DNA of 63,496 nucleotides, counting the filler, from Octopus bimaculoides (lineage: Eukaryota): the NCBI RefSeq assembly GCF_001194135.2. It is 3 parts of 2 records of this genome, joined end to end, with 100 filler letters (N's around TTAATTAATTAA, not from the genome) between each part and the next. Parts side by side here need not be neighbours in the genome. Positions count along the whole stretch, not along the records: positions 1 to 22,073 come from NC_068990.1; positions 22,174 to 31,554 come from NC_068986.1; 1 more part is not named here. One strand, given 5' to 3'. Under the pieces are notes generated by a model. The model had not been told where the DNA came from and ran no database searches. It saw nothing but the letters and a program-made list of their open reading frames with translations. Below are positions 11,810-24,606 of this stretch, piece by piece (positions within the stretch are counted from its first letter, which is position 1; every line of letters begins with the position of its first letter). The translations under genes and the position numbers were made by a program.

Positions 11810-12035
11810 TACTATCATGTTAAACTGTCGGACGTCTAAATTCAGACTTGGAAGCCTTAACGGTTGCAGGAGTTGCAGGTTGCTTGTACTGCACGGGCAG
11901 CAACATCGTGGGCAGCCTGCTGGGACAGTCTGTGGGACCTCTAGTCTTGAGTTTCGTTATCCCGATATCTTCTGGCTATGACAGCAGCGTGGGACAGTCT
12001 ACCAATGTGAGCGCTCTTTCTCCTAGGTAGCATTG
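11810..12035 (-). pseudogene. Second Helitron 5' coding fragment (STPR-like unit)
   Basis: Minus strand reads MLPRRKSAHIGRLSHAAVIARRYRDNETQD*RSHRLSQQAAHDVAARAV, preceded by an acceptor-like cttcactttgcag. Confidence 0.65.
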
Positions 12036-12471
12036 CAGGATTATCTGCAAAGTGAAGGTAGAGGGGGTTAAGTCGAATACCTAAATGATATTTGTCGCAC
12101 TATTGTTTGCTGAGTGGGTTTAGAAAATTGTTTGAGTCTTAGGGAATTCTGGCTAAACATTATCTTAAGGTATTTAAAAATAATTAAAAGTTATTTTAAT
12201 TGCACGGCTACCCTAATGAAGTGCTAAAGTACAAATATCGGCGGCTGTAGTAGAAGACGAAGTGAAAGTAGCATAACTACGTCATCAAAAGTAATGTCCC
12301 TTCAAGCAACGATCATTGGTATTTGTTATTTACCTATGAGAGGGTGTTTTCGTCCCCTAGAGGCGGCATTACTCATTATGGGCATCTCTGGAACATAAGT
12401 GGTGTATGTTCCTAGCGTGAACAGAATCGGAAGAAAAATATTGATTTTAAAGGGGATCAAGAAAAAGACCT

Positions 12472-12514
<43 letters not shown>

Positions 12515-12717
12515 TTATTATATATGCGTTTAGTTTTATCACCTTATGTTCTGTGCATAGAAGTGAACTTGGTCTTCCCACTTTACCGATCCAGTAAAAT
12601 AACTATTAACTTGTTGCCGCCGATAAAATCGAATCGACTAAATCCTTTCAAGACGATGTCCCTGAATCACATGAATGCAAGGACTCAATTTATTTGAATG
12701 TTTTACTCTAATGATAA

Positions 12718-12972
12718 ACACGCACTGTTTCTATTTCACTTATTTTATCATTATTACTCAATTTATTAACAATTAACAAATTAATTAATCGCTAAGTTAA
12801 ATAAAATGTTCGGCTAATCACTCAGCTAGGTTTGTTAAGAAGCTTTTGTTACCAATCACGACAATATCAATGATGATCCTAGTCGATTGCTTGATTGACC
12901 TAGCGATTAGATCAAACATTCTATTAATCAATTAAATGTTTAACTAATAATTGAAATGAAACCAGTGCGTGT
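12718..12972. mobile_element. MITE-like element with imperfect inverted ends (ACACGCACTG)
   Basis: acacgcactgtttctatttcacttatt at 12718 mirrors aataattgaaatgaaaccagtgcgtgt ending at 12972. An inner imperfect IR (aaatgtt..ctaatc..gctagg) is also present. Confidence 0.65.
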
Positions 12973-13553
12973 ATATATTATTGGTATAATGATCCTCCCG
13001 AGATACAATGAAATAAAATGGATGATTCGTATTTTTCTGTGTATGTGATAGTGTGTGTGTACAGAAACTTATTAATTAACTTACATTTGGGCTGGAATGC
13101 AGTCGTATTGATGATTGAAATAGATGCTGACATTTGATGTTTATTTCCATGAAATATTCAATTTTATTTATATCGTATTCTGTTTTGATCTCGCTGAGTA
13201 AAATGTAGGTAATATATTTCACACGAGATTTCATGATCTTTTTGATCTTTCATAGAATTTTGTAGTTTAATAATTTTGAAACATGACACAATTTACTTTG
13301 AAAGACAAAATAATTGCTATTTTGAGTTGAAGATGAATCATGTAGAACAGAAACAACTGGAAGTATATACTTTCGTATAAGTATCGTTGATAAATATGTG
13401 TATGTGTCTACGCACACATATACACATACACAAGTATATTATCTCTCTCTCTATATATATACACATGAATACATACACACAAACAAATATATAGATATGT
13501 GTGTGTGTGTTTGTGTGCATATATACATATCTACATGTATATATAAACATCTA

Positions 13554-13612
<59 letters not shown>

Positions 13613-13699
13613 ATATATATATATATATATATATAAACACGCACACATAATACACAAACAACCCATTTCTTTGTAGAAGAGGGACCCAAAGGTATATGT

Positions 13700-15085
13700 T
13701 GTACTTACTATGGCATCGCCCTGTTCTCAGTTGTTGGCAAAATATTTGCAACAACACTTTCCAATCTGGCTGGATCGTGTTGCGCCACACAATCTTCCTG
13801 AGTTACAATGTGGCTTTCGACAGTTTCAAGAGAAGGAGAACGAACATCTTGACACTGTACATAGGCCAACTCTTTGAGGTGTCCTCTTCAAGCTGGAGTG
13901 GCAGAAAAATTCACAAGGCTAATTCGATTTCTCCGTGACAACATGAAGCATTGGTTTGTGTCAACGGTGAACTACTAGAACCAGTCACAATTGAATTTGA
14001 TGCTAAACAGGGCGATCTCTTGGCTCCTTCATAGTTCCTTTGCTATTGTTATTTGGCAAGCCTTTACGCACAATGATGTTGGTGTCTTCATCCTTTGCCG
14101 TGCAACAAGTAATCTTTACGACATGTATCGTTTTATTACCGTAACAGAAACTTCCACGGCTTTCATTTGTGATCGCCTTTGCACTAATGATAGCGATCTC
14201 GTAACCCATACTGAGGAAGACCTGTAGTTCCTGACTGACTGCATTTTGGCCGCGTGTAATGAGTTTGTGCTTACAATCAGTCTTAAGAAGACAGTAATGA
14301 TGTTACAACAAAATTGAGGCAAGCCATATATCTCGTTCTTGATATATGTCAGGTGTAAAAGAGTCACTGAGAAGTAGCAGATACGTTTGTCTACCTTCGT
14401 AGCACTCTGTAATTGATACACTTGACAAGAAGATAGTTACAGACATTCTAAGGCATCTGGAAAGCATGAGTCGAGACTGATTGCTATCAAAGCGGCAACG
14501 AAAGTTGAGGTCTATCAGGTATGTGGCTTAGCACCACTGTTATACGGATGTGGGACCTGGACAATACTTCGTAGGCATAACCAGTTCTACCAGTGGCGTT
14601 TGTGGAATATCCTGAGGATCTTATGGCCATCTCATGTACCTGGTACTACAGCTGGCAAAAAAGATGAGTATGCAGTTCACGAATATGAAACAGATACTTG
14701 GATGGTCTAGTCATCTTGTCCGTTTAAAGGACACTCACATACCATTATAGGAGGTATATGGTGGGCTGGAGAAACGGACACGTCCTTAGTGGAAGCCTCA
14801 CCACCAGTCATTCGAAGACAACTTTAATGACTCGTTTAAAAAGATTAATATCGATGCTAACACTTGGGAAAATCTTGCATCAGATAGGGAGCTGTGGAAG
14901 AATTTGATTGCTACTAGTATTAAAGAATTCAAACCAAAAACAGAGATGAAATGAGCTGGTAAACATATTTCGGATGTGAAACTTCTTCCTGAAAAGGGCA
15001 CGGAAGACTCTGTTCCGTGTTACCAGTGAGGTCGTATCTGCTCCTCAAAGGCAGGCTTATTCAGCTACAAGCGTGATCACGGAGG
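13700..15085 (+). pseudogene. RTE-BovB-like LINE, RT and 3' region, heavily decayed
   Basis: YGIALFSVVGKIFA..LPELQCGFRQ; KQG..LAP; GVFILCRATSNLYDMYR..LCTNDSDLVTHTEEDL (decayed YADD box); LTISLKKTVM; TKVEVYQ..LLYGCGTW; IDANTWENLASDRELW; C-terminal C..C.RICSSKAGLFS.KR. Confidence 0.88.
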
Positions 15086-15600
15086 AAGCACGCTTTCTCG
15101 TGCGCCTTGTATAGCAGAGCGTGTGCGTCATGTAGTGGACTAACTCGGTATTATAGGTCCCGACTTCAACATGGCTAGGCTACTGCTAAGGGAGTGACTT
15201 CTGGTCGGTGTGGAATGAATTATAAGGCCACAGCTATGGGTAGACCAAATTTGAAATGTTTCTATGAGCGAAATGGGCCTAGGAAGTGGTCTTACTCGGT
15301 CACGTCGACTCATGTGTGTGTGCGCGCGCGCGATATTAAACCTGTCTGTACTTATAAACACGTGTTTGTTTGCATGTATGTGTATTTATATATGTATGTG
15401 CTTGTATGTGTGCATGTGTGCGTATGTGTGTATGAGTGCGTGTGTATATATATATATATATATATATNNNNNNNNNNNNNNNNNNNNNNNNNNNNNNNNN
15501 NNNNNNNNNNNNNNNNNNNNNNNNNNNNNNNNNNNNNNNNNNNNNNNNNNNNNNNNNNNNNNNNNNNNNNNNNNNNNNNNNNNNNNNNNNNNNNNNNNNN

Positions 15601-15671
<71 letters not shown>

Positions 15672-16973
15672 GGGAGAGAGAGTGATGCGTTTATCTGTTT
15701 GTGGGTGTAATGTTGTTATAGTCACGTTGGTTTTTATCAGTTAATAACATGTCCACAAAATATTTTGAGCACACTTTTTTCACATTTTATTGTCTTATAT
15801 ATTCTATAACGCTCTCCATTAGATTGCTCTACTCTCGTTACTTTGAGATTGAATTCATATTTGATATTTTCTTTCCTACGTTAGTTGAAATCAACTCCGG
15901 AAGAAAATCGTTTTTGCTGCTTCAAGTCAGATGTCGCTTGATGAAAGTGTGGAATATATATTACATGATACTGTTGCTCTTATACATTTTTGGTATCAAA
16001 TTTTTCCTTCCTCTTTCACAACCAGTAGCATTATATTTTGAGTTAATATGGCTTCAGCCAGTTTCGTTCATTTAGCGTTTTCAGTTTTCTTGTTTGTGTT
16101 CTAAATATTCATGTTTCCAATAATGTTTCGTTAGTATATTGTTATCTCATCAAGGTCTATACTTGCCTGGTACAGGCAAGCAACTATATTCAAAATCGGG
16201 ATGACTGGAGTTATCCTGCTGCCCACTGTGCAGGTCAACTGTACCGGAGGGACTAAAACTTTAAATTATGTTGCTCGTACACAATATCATATGAACTGTA
16301 CACAGTATCATTGTTTTCTCATATAAAATATGAGATAATATGTAAATTACTATAATAACATAATCGTGTAACTGCTTTGTAATAAAAGTGAATAGTAGTT
16401 GACGAAGGGAATTCATTAGCAGTGGCAGAACGCGTTAAGAGTTTATCTTCTTGTTTTCTTTCTTTTTTAACGATGAAGACAAGTTATGCTAATACACTTT
16501 ATAAATCTTCTCGCAATGTTTTTAATGATGTCGTGTTTCAGTTAGTTTGGAATTCTGTAGGTTGATACTTTTGCCAAAAATATGATCGATGATAGGAGTT
16601 TTAAAGTTATGCGGTTTCATAAAGAGTTCACTATGTCATGTAATTTGTATGACACGTTTGATGAATGCAGAAAAATGGACATTCTGAAGTAAGAATAAAA
16701 ATGTATTAAAAAAAGAAGTTAATGATGATTCTAAAAATAATTAATAGTCTGTTATAATCAGACTTTAGTTAATTGATACGTTTCACCCAGCTCATTTCCA
16801 ATTTTTTTTTTATATTTTGGCATAACAACAAATTCTCTTTTTAATCTATGAATCAAAATTGTGGCTAAATTTTGAAAAATGTAGCTGAAATTAGTATATA
16901 TTATTGCCATATTTATATAACAGGCGTATACAAAATCGCAGTAGTGTGTAGTGCGAAAATCGTATTAATCATA

Positions 16974-17010
16974 AATAATGATGATAATGATAATAATGAT
17001 GATGATGATG

Positions 17011-17092
<82 letters not shown>
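16974..17092. repeat. (GAT)n/(AAT)n microsatellite
   Basis: Direct observation. Confidence 0.97.
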
Positions 17093-17094
<2 letters not shown>

Positions 17095-17147
17095 TCACTT
17101 TGATGGTATGCACTGCTCTCTCACTCAATAATAATAATAATAATAAT

Positions 17148-17350
17148 GGTTTCAAATTTTGCCACAAGAGCAGCAGTTTTGGGGGGAGGGGATGAGTCGA
17201 TTACACCAATCCCAGTCTTCAAATGGTGCTTATTTTATCGACGACCCCGAAAATTTGACCTCAGTGGAATTTGAACTCAGAACGTAGCAACGGGCGAAAT
17301 ACCGCTAAGCAGTTCGTCCAGTGCGCTAATGATTCTACCAGATCACCGCC
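17148..17350 (-). mobile_element. tRNA-derived SINE (type C)
   Basis: Homologous to 3840-4048: tttcaaattttgccacaag..ggaatttgaactcagaacg..ctaatgattctaccagatcaccgcc. Confidence 0.85.
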
Positions 17351-17353
17351 ATA

Positions 17354-17419
17354 ATGATAATAATAATAGTAATAATAATAATAATAATAATGATAATAAT
17401 AATAATAATAATAATGATG

Positions 17420-17517
<98 letters not shown>

Positions 17518-17522
17518 AATAA
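17354..17522. repeat. Compound (AAT)n/(GAT)n microsatellite
   Basis: Direct observation. Confidence 0.97.
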
Positions 17523-18050
17523 TAGCTCTTATGACCTCAGATCTTAACAGATTGGATGTGTTTTCATGGATATGTTTTGTCTTGGTGTAAAAGATGTGCC
17601 ACAGCAAATATTCTGCTCAATACCACAGATTTGCTTGTCCGTTGGTTGACCTTAACTAATTCAGCTTGTCCGTTGGTGGCTGATGATATGTGCATCTCTG
17701 ATCATGAGCAGAAGTAGTGGGGGAGCATCATAACCATGTGTTGAGAGGAATTCTTTGGGGGTTTGGATAATTCACATCTGACAACATGGGTGTTTCATTC
17801 AAACTTCTTAAACAACCCTTATTCAGGGACTTTTTGAGCGGGATTGGCTATGTGACCTGAAGAAAATTCAAACTGGGCCCCACCTGCGAGGTCATGTGCT
17901 GTTTATCTTAATATGATATCACCACGTCGCGCACATATGGTTGTGTTGCATGTGCCTGGTGTACCCTTATCAGACGGGTAGTCATGATGGGTATATTGAG
18001 CTTCGTATATTTTACCCAAGTATTACTTTGATGGTATGCATTATTCTCTC
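17523..18050. mobile_element. Unclassified interspersed repeat bounded by (AAT)n tracts
   Basis: Non-coding, moderate-GC block between (AAT)n runs. Its end (actttgatggtatgca..ctctcaataataat) is repeated at 17095-17130. Confidence 0.6.
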
Positions 18051-18353
<303 letters not shown>

Positions 18354-18479
18354 CATCACACAGAGACATGGTTCAACTGGTTGGGCTGTGACGTCATTAA
18401 TACTGTAGGACATACTATTGCATATATAGTACTTCATATAGTACTTCAGTAAAGATACTGGTTCTGGTGCTATTTGTTA

Positions 18480-19650
18480 GAATGCCTTTTTTATGCACTA
18501 TTTATTAAGATAACATTGGGTTGTGTCCTGAAAGAAATACCTCTAGATACTCGAGACTTTTCAAAGTCCAGGTTATGGAACCTTTTATCTATCTTTAGGG
18601 ACCTGTTGCATAGAAATAAATCTGAATCTCTCATACTATCTTTCTAAGTTCATGAGATTTAAGTATCCATGGTCGAATGCTTCATTAAATCCAGAAGGTT
18701 GATAACAGTAATCGTCTGAAGAAACATGTGCCCCATATAGATCCTCACATCTTTTCTTTAAGAGTGATAAATCAAGAATTCTATGTTGTATTCATATTAG
18801 CTTCCAAGACAATCTTAATTACAAGCAATGTAGCTAGTTCTAAAATACTGATCCTGTCAAATCGCTAGATGGTAGGTGTTCGCTTCCCTAATCCGAAAAT
18901 ATCGGACACAAGTTGTGTCGTTAATCATCTGGTGGAGGTTGTCTTTTGAGGTCAGAAAAGAATAGTAACGTTGTTCCGTACGGAACAGCCATGTTGAAGT
19001 GGCAACAAACATTACTTTTTAATCTTAAATAGTTGCGCCAATAAAATTAATATCAATTAATTTGTTGTCTATTGAAGCAAAATATTAAATAATAAACCGA
19101 ATACTATATTCTTTGTCTCACAGCAGTTCGCTTGTTTGCTGCATTAATCGACTCTTTACATAATATATGAATTGGTTTGTTTGCTTCAACATACCAACAA
19201 CCTAAAATTGGCAATGATTTAATAATAATGTTGTAAACTATCTTTTAATTTCACTCATAAATGTATTGAATAAGAATGTAGGAAATTTACCTGAATCAAT
19301 ATCTATGAGAAGCCTATATCTATAATCACACTAAGAAATTAGGAATGCCTTTGAAATATTACTTTCTATGCCGTTTATAACATTTAGCCTTGGAATGTCA
19401 TCAATTTCCATCGTCAAATGTTATGATATGAGGTATATCTCTTACTACATCATCTCCAGCTATTTAAATAGCCTTCAAGTTGATCCCCAACTCTCTAGTT
19501 TGATTGAATATAAATGTAAAAGGAAACAGGAGTTAATAACTTTCAGATTCTTGCATCTTAAATCAATTCCGTCATCAACATTATGTGTTGAATGTTAGAC
19601 TATAATTTCCTGCTTCTTCAACTGACTTTGTCCGGTATCGCTGTCTTTCA
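18480..19650 (-). pseudogene. Very degraded CR1/L2-like LINE remnant
   Basis: Minus-strand LNLMNLER*YERFRFI..KVP resembles the LERR.ERY.IIY.WK motif seen more clearly at 30560-30950. There are only weak RT-like traces near 19400-19650. Confidence 0.4.
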
Positions 19651-19942
19651 ATTTAATCTGTTATAACATTCTACAATTACCGTTTATTTCTTCCTTCATG
19701 AAGTGTCATATTCTTGGATGTGTATATAACACCAATGCTACATTTGAACTATAAATCATTTGCCTCTAATTTAAAAGCAATAATGCTCATATCCACGGTG
19801 CCCAACGACGGCGTTTTATGAAGGTCGAAATCGTAGAAATATAAACCAAATTCACGGTTTAAAGGGAAAAAAAACAACACACAAATACGATGATATACTT
19901 CCAGCCAAACTATTTTATATAAAATGAAATACATAAAAAGTA

Positions 19943-20037
19943 AAGTTAAACACCAATCTAAGTGTCTGTTCTATGTTACTATTAGTTTAACCCCAGGCAA
20001 ATCTTCCGCCAACTGGTTATCGGTGCAGCATTGCACC

Positions 20038-20073
<36 letters not shown>

Positions 20074-20192
20074 CTGTTGCCAATATATGTACAAGGTGCA
20101 GTTCTCTACCGATAACCAGTTGGCGGAAGATTTGCCTGGAGTTAAACTAGTAGTAACATAGAACAGCCATTTTGATGTGGTGATTAACTCTA
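19943..20192. repeat. Near-perfect inverted repeat centred on (TA)n
   Basis: 19966-20024 versus the reverse complement of 20108-20166 gives 57/59. Homology continues inward (tgcaccctgta / tacaaggtgca) and decays outward. Confidence 0.92.
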
Positions 20193-20597
20193 TTTGTTGG
20201 TATAGTCACTACTCTCATGTCTTCTTGAGATTTTACAACAAACTACATAATAGTTGTCTGAATGCCTTTATAATAAACTCGCTTGATTAGTGTTCACCTC
20301 GAGTTAAACGACAGTAACAATTCGATCGTATATCTCTTTGTTCATTCATCTTTTCTTCCAATATAACTGAAATCAAACGCATTGCACGACTTATGTAGAT
20401 GCTTGTGACTTGACGTCACTATCATTCGCGGTGATCTATATAAGAATGCAAATCTCATTAACATCATACAAAAGTATTATTCGAATTCTAATTGATTTCT
20501 GATTAATAAAAATTGCCTTCCTTGAGACAAATATTTGAAGTTTGCTACTTGGAACATCGGCCACAAAAGAGTTCATGATACTGAGTAGGAAGAGGCA

Positions 20598-20817
20598 GAT
20601 GATGATGACGACGACGACGACGACAGACGACAATGATGATATTGGTGGTGACGACACCAACGATGATGATGACGATATGATGCCGACGACGACGACGACG
20701 GCGAAGAAGGAGAAGAAGAAGAAGAAGAAGAAGAAGAAGAAGAAGAAGAAGAAGAAGAAGAAGAAGAAGAAGAAGAAGAAGAAGAAGAAGAAGAAGAAGA
20801 AGAAGAAGAAGAAGAAA
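20598..20817. repeat. Compound (GAT)(GAC)n ending in a long (AAG)n tract
   Basis: Direct observation; source of the poly-K/F/S ORFs. Confidence 0.97.
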
Positions 20818-20941
20818 CTAGTGTAACAAATAGGTGCAGACAACCAACTGGGCGAAAATTTTGCTTTATTAGTTGAGCGATTACAGAAAACATTAGAATC
20901 GAATTAAGCTATGGAGTTTAGAAAGGAACTGTGCGTAAAAG

Positions 20942-21027
<86 letters not shown>

Positions 21028-21864
21028 ATTATTTATGGTTTTATATACTTCGTGTTCCGCCGTTGAAAACGATCTATTTCATGTTACACGAAGCTTCTAA
21101 ATTCCTGTGACGTAAACTATGCGTTTGTGTATGTTTGATTACGTATGTGTATTTGTATCCAGGGATATACACCGGTGTTTTAAGCAGCATCCTTTTATGA
21201 CAAAAGGTAACTTAGCTATTCGATATTTACAGATCAATAAATTAATTACAAAACTGAAATAATCACATTATCTGCCAGAAATTTTATCCGGCGATTTACG
21301 ATTTTACCATCGTCTATCTCATTATTTACAATAATATTAATTTTTAATATTGGTAACGGAGTCAAACGTTTTTGCGGAGATTATAGTCATACCAACCCGT
21401 CTGACACCGACCCGCTATCAGGATGCAAGCTTTCAATTTTAAAGTAATCAGAAATTTAAACATTGTATTAATATTTCATGTTAATTTATTATCCAAACAC
21501 CAGGTTAATAACAGGGCATTTTTATTATTTGAAAAATTAATTGAAATATTGGCAGGGTATTCCAAAGTAAATGTAGCAAAAAGATTATCGACTGCAGTAC
21601 CGGACACTTAAATATTTTTCTACCTTCACAAACGGGAAGAAGGACTAGCAAATTTTCTACATTTCTTGAATTGAATATACTTGTTTATAGTAATAAAGAA
21701 AGTTTAGTTGTATATGCATTTAGCTGCTCAATATTTAAGGTTTAAAAGGGAACGAAAACCGAGCGGGCGAGTGATGGAGTGAAGAGGCTTCCAGGTCGCG
21801 TGGCGTAGGACGACGACGACGATGTTCCTTTTTCATGTTCTCACGAATTTTGTCAATAAGCGTA

Positions 21865-22012
21865 GCTGTGTTGTTGAGAAGCTGTGTGGTTGGGGGTCAA
21901 TCCTACTGCGCAGCAGTTACGGCAAGTGTTTTCAACTATAGCCCGGGGCAACTACAGCCTTATGAGTGGATTTGGTTAGTGGAAACAGGAGGAAGCCTGT
22001 CGTGTGTATATA
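21865..22012 (+). mobile_element. SINE module A, degraded
   Basis: ggcaagtgttttcaactatagcccgg..gccttatgagtggatttggttagtggaaac..gaagcctgtcgtgtgtata. Confidence 0.7.
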
Positions 22013-22036
22013 TGTGTGTGTGTGTGTGTGTGTACA

Positions 22037-22073
<37 letters not shown>

Positions 22074-22634
22074 NNNNNNNNNNNNNNNNNNNNNNNNNNN
22101 NNNNNNNNNNNNNNNNNTTAATTAATTAANNNNNNNNNNNNNNNNNNNNNNNNNNNNNNNNNNNNNNNNNNNNATATATATATATATATATATATATATA
22201 ATGTTATTCGATTCTTAAGTGATGATAGTGATTGCAAGTCATAATGGAACATTAGAGAACTATTCAAAACTGCTTCTTCACCATTTTTTCTCTTTTTTTG
22301 TAAAACTTCATTTTGTAATTTCCCCTCATATTTTTTTCTGCATGACGTACATAATTAGTTTTATATTAATGATATCATTATTAATTAGTCATATACTTTT
22401 CTTGTATCACATCACCTGAAACAATCAATATTCTATCTTCGTTACAAAGGTTTCAATTCCCTGATTGTCGGTGCATTGTGTTCCTCGTCACATATTATGC
22501 GCGCCTCAATGTTATCAACGGATTTGCTGTAGTAGTTGTTGTTGCTGCTATTCCTTCTAACACTAACGCTGGTGGCTTTATATCATTCAAATTATTGGTA
22601 ATTATCAAATAGCTATAAATGTTTTCTAAGCGAG

Positions 22635-22780
22635 CGCAAGCGTGGCTCTGTGGTGAAGAATCTTGCCTGAAAATTATGTGGTCTTGTGTTCGGCCCTACG
22701 GCACAGAACATTGAGCAAGTGCCAAGCCTTGTCACTGGAGCTTTTTTAGACGGAAGCTGAAGGAAACCCGGCATATATAC
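22635..22780 (+). mobile_element. SINE module A, degraded
   Basis: gcgtggctctgtggtgaagaatcttgcc..gtggtcttgtgttcggccc..gacggaagctgaaggaaacccgg. Confidence 0.65.
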
Positions 22781-22794
22781 ATACGCATATATAT

Positions 22795-23210
22795 GGTGGA
22801 GTTCAAAACGTAATCAAGTAAGGCCACTTCCTAAATTTAGTAAATTCATGCACGTGTTCTGTCACTCCAAGTAGCTCCTATGCTCGAATTTTTTTTGAGT
22901 TAGTAAAATGATGCACACAAGTGAAAAATGTTCTCGGTGCAGTCAGTCATAAAACAAATGGCAGAACGAAGATTGAGGCGACCGCAAACCAACTGTGATT
23001 TAAGTGTTTCTCATACAAATTTACCTTCGAGAAGCAAGTTCAAGGAAGAGCTAGGGGTCTTTCACTTCCATTGGCTACCGTACAACATGACAAATAGTTG
23101 GGATTCTAACAAGTGCTATTTCTCTCGGTCAGAGAAGTCTTGGCTATGAACTGGTTCCACACTCTTGAGCACCCATTCCACGAGTCCAGTACCGGATGCA
23201 GTTTAAAGTC
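22795..23210 (+). pseudogene. Degraded mariner remnant
   Basis: TIR-like gagttcaaaacgtaatc at ~22800 and a decayed LGYELVPH..HP..SP..D segment at ~23135-23210. Confidence 0.4.
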
Positions 23211-23242
23211 ATATGGACACACATATACAGGTAAACATATAA

Positions 23243-23425
23243 GCCCAGGAGTGTCTGTGTGGCGGGCAGCTTCGTCCTGACTTCGAATTCCACTGAGGTC
23301 GACTTCGTTTTTATTCTTTCGGGGTCGATGAAAGAAGTACCAGTTGAACAATGGGGTCGATGTAATCGTCTTAGCCCCTCCCCCAAAAATTGTTGCCCTT
23401 GTGGGAACATTTAAAACCATTATTT
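23243..23425 (+). mobile_element. tRNA-derived SINE (type C body, A-like head)
   Basis: cttcgaattccactgaggtcgacttcg..ctttcggggtcgatg..gtaccagttgaacaatggggtcgatgtaatcg. Confidence 0.75.
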
Positions 23426-24572
23426 CCAAGTGGAAGAAACCCAAGACTGAGTTAACCAGCTGACCTCTCATCAATGTTACAGTGCATGATATGGCGACGA
23501 TTTCGTTGCCATTGATAGGGGGATGAATTTCCACTGAAAGGCCCTTGTGTGACCCCCGGTGTTAATGCATTGGTGTACGATGTGTCTGAGTATATGTACT
23601 TCTCAATGTAAGTGTATATGTTTATGTGGAATGAGTCTCTCCGACAGACGTTTGTGAGTATGTGTGTGTATGTGGTTGGGTGCATGTGTGTGTATGGGCG
23701 TCATGTGTGACTGCGTATTTCATGTGATTGTTTAATGTGCTTGTTGTTGTCTATTTGTGTGTTTAACGCAGAATATCTATACATACATTTGTAGGGGCAA
23801 ATCACAATATTCAGGGACGGGGCGGAGATTGATTCTTGACGTTATTCATGGGATTTAAGATGACGTTAATAGAGGCGGCGAAATTCCGCTTATAGTTGTA
23901 TATGTGTGTTGGTGATGGCGGCGATCGTGTTGGTGCTGCGGTAAACAACGACAACAAGGAGAACGATGATGATGATGATGAGTATGATGACGATGATTTC
24001 GATGAGAATTATGATGATGAAAACAAAAAGCTAATGACCAGTATTTTAAAATTAAGAGGAATCTCTCAGACTTATGAGAATAATCTATCCTTATATGGCC
24101 TCCTATTGACTTATTACTTCTTCTTCTTACTTTTTTATGCGCCTGTGTTACCTGAACAAATGTCGGGCAATTGTGTTTATAAGAGATATGGAGACAGAAA
24201 CACAGGTCCTCGACTCTCTTTTCATCACAATCCAATAACAATGTTAATTTATGTCATGTTACTTCTGGAGAATGATATTACTTGATATTATCTCCGTTCT
24301 CATGGGGAGATGCCCTTCATTGCCATTTATTACATATCACACGACCTCCACGAGGTGGAGACACATCAAGAATTTATGTTATATGGCATATTATATACCT
24401 GTACACACACACACATACAGAAAAGATCAATGAGTAAATGAGTGGAAAATTTACCGCTGAGTGTGTAAAATAATAACGCACTAAAAGTGAATGACTCTCT
24501 CCAGACACAATAAAGCATGTTTCAACACACAAATTCACATAAAGAATCTTGCAAACCAAATACAAAAACGAA

Positions 24573-24606
<34 letters not shown>

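Noticed and set aside
15140-15310. Higher-GC segment after the RTE-BovB fragment with a weak RT-like look
   Set aside because: No motif is clear enough to assign a family or frame.
22074-22173. TTAATTAATTAA island between N runs (also 31555-31654)
   Set aside because: Both are exactly N44 + 12 bp + N44 = 100 bp with stops in all six frames. This is an artificial scaffold-join linker, not biology, and it makes adjacency across these points unreliable.
23896-24285. 129-aa ORF with an acidic D/E tract
   Set aside because: The acidic part is a degenerate (GAT)n repeat and the remainder is low-complexity AT-rich sequence with no recognisable domain.
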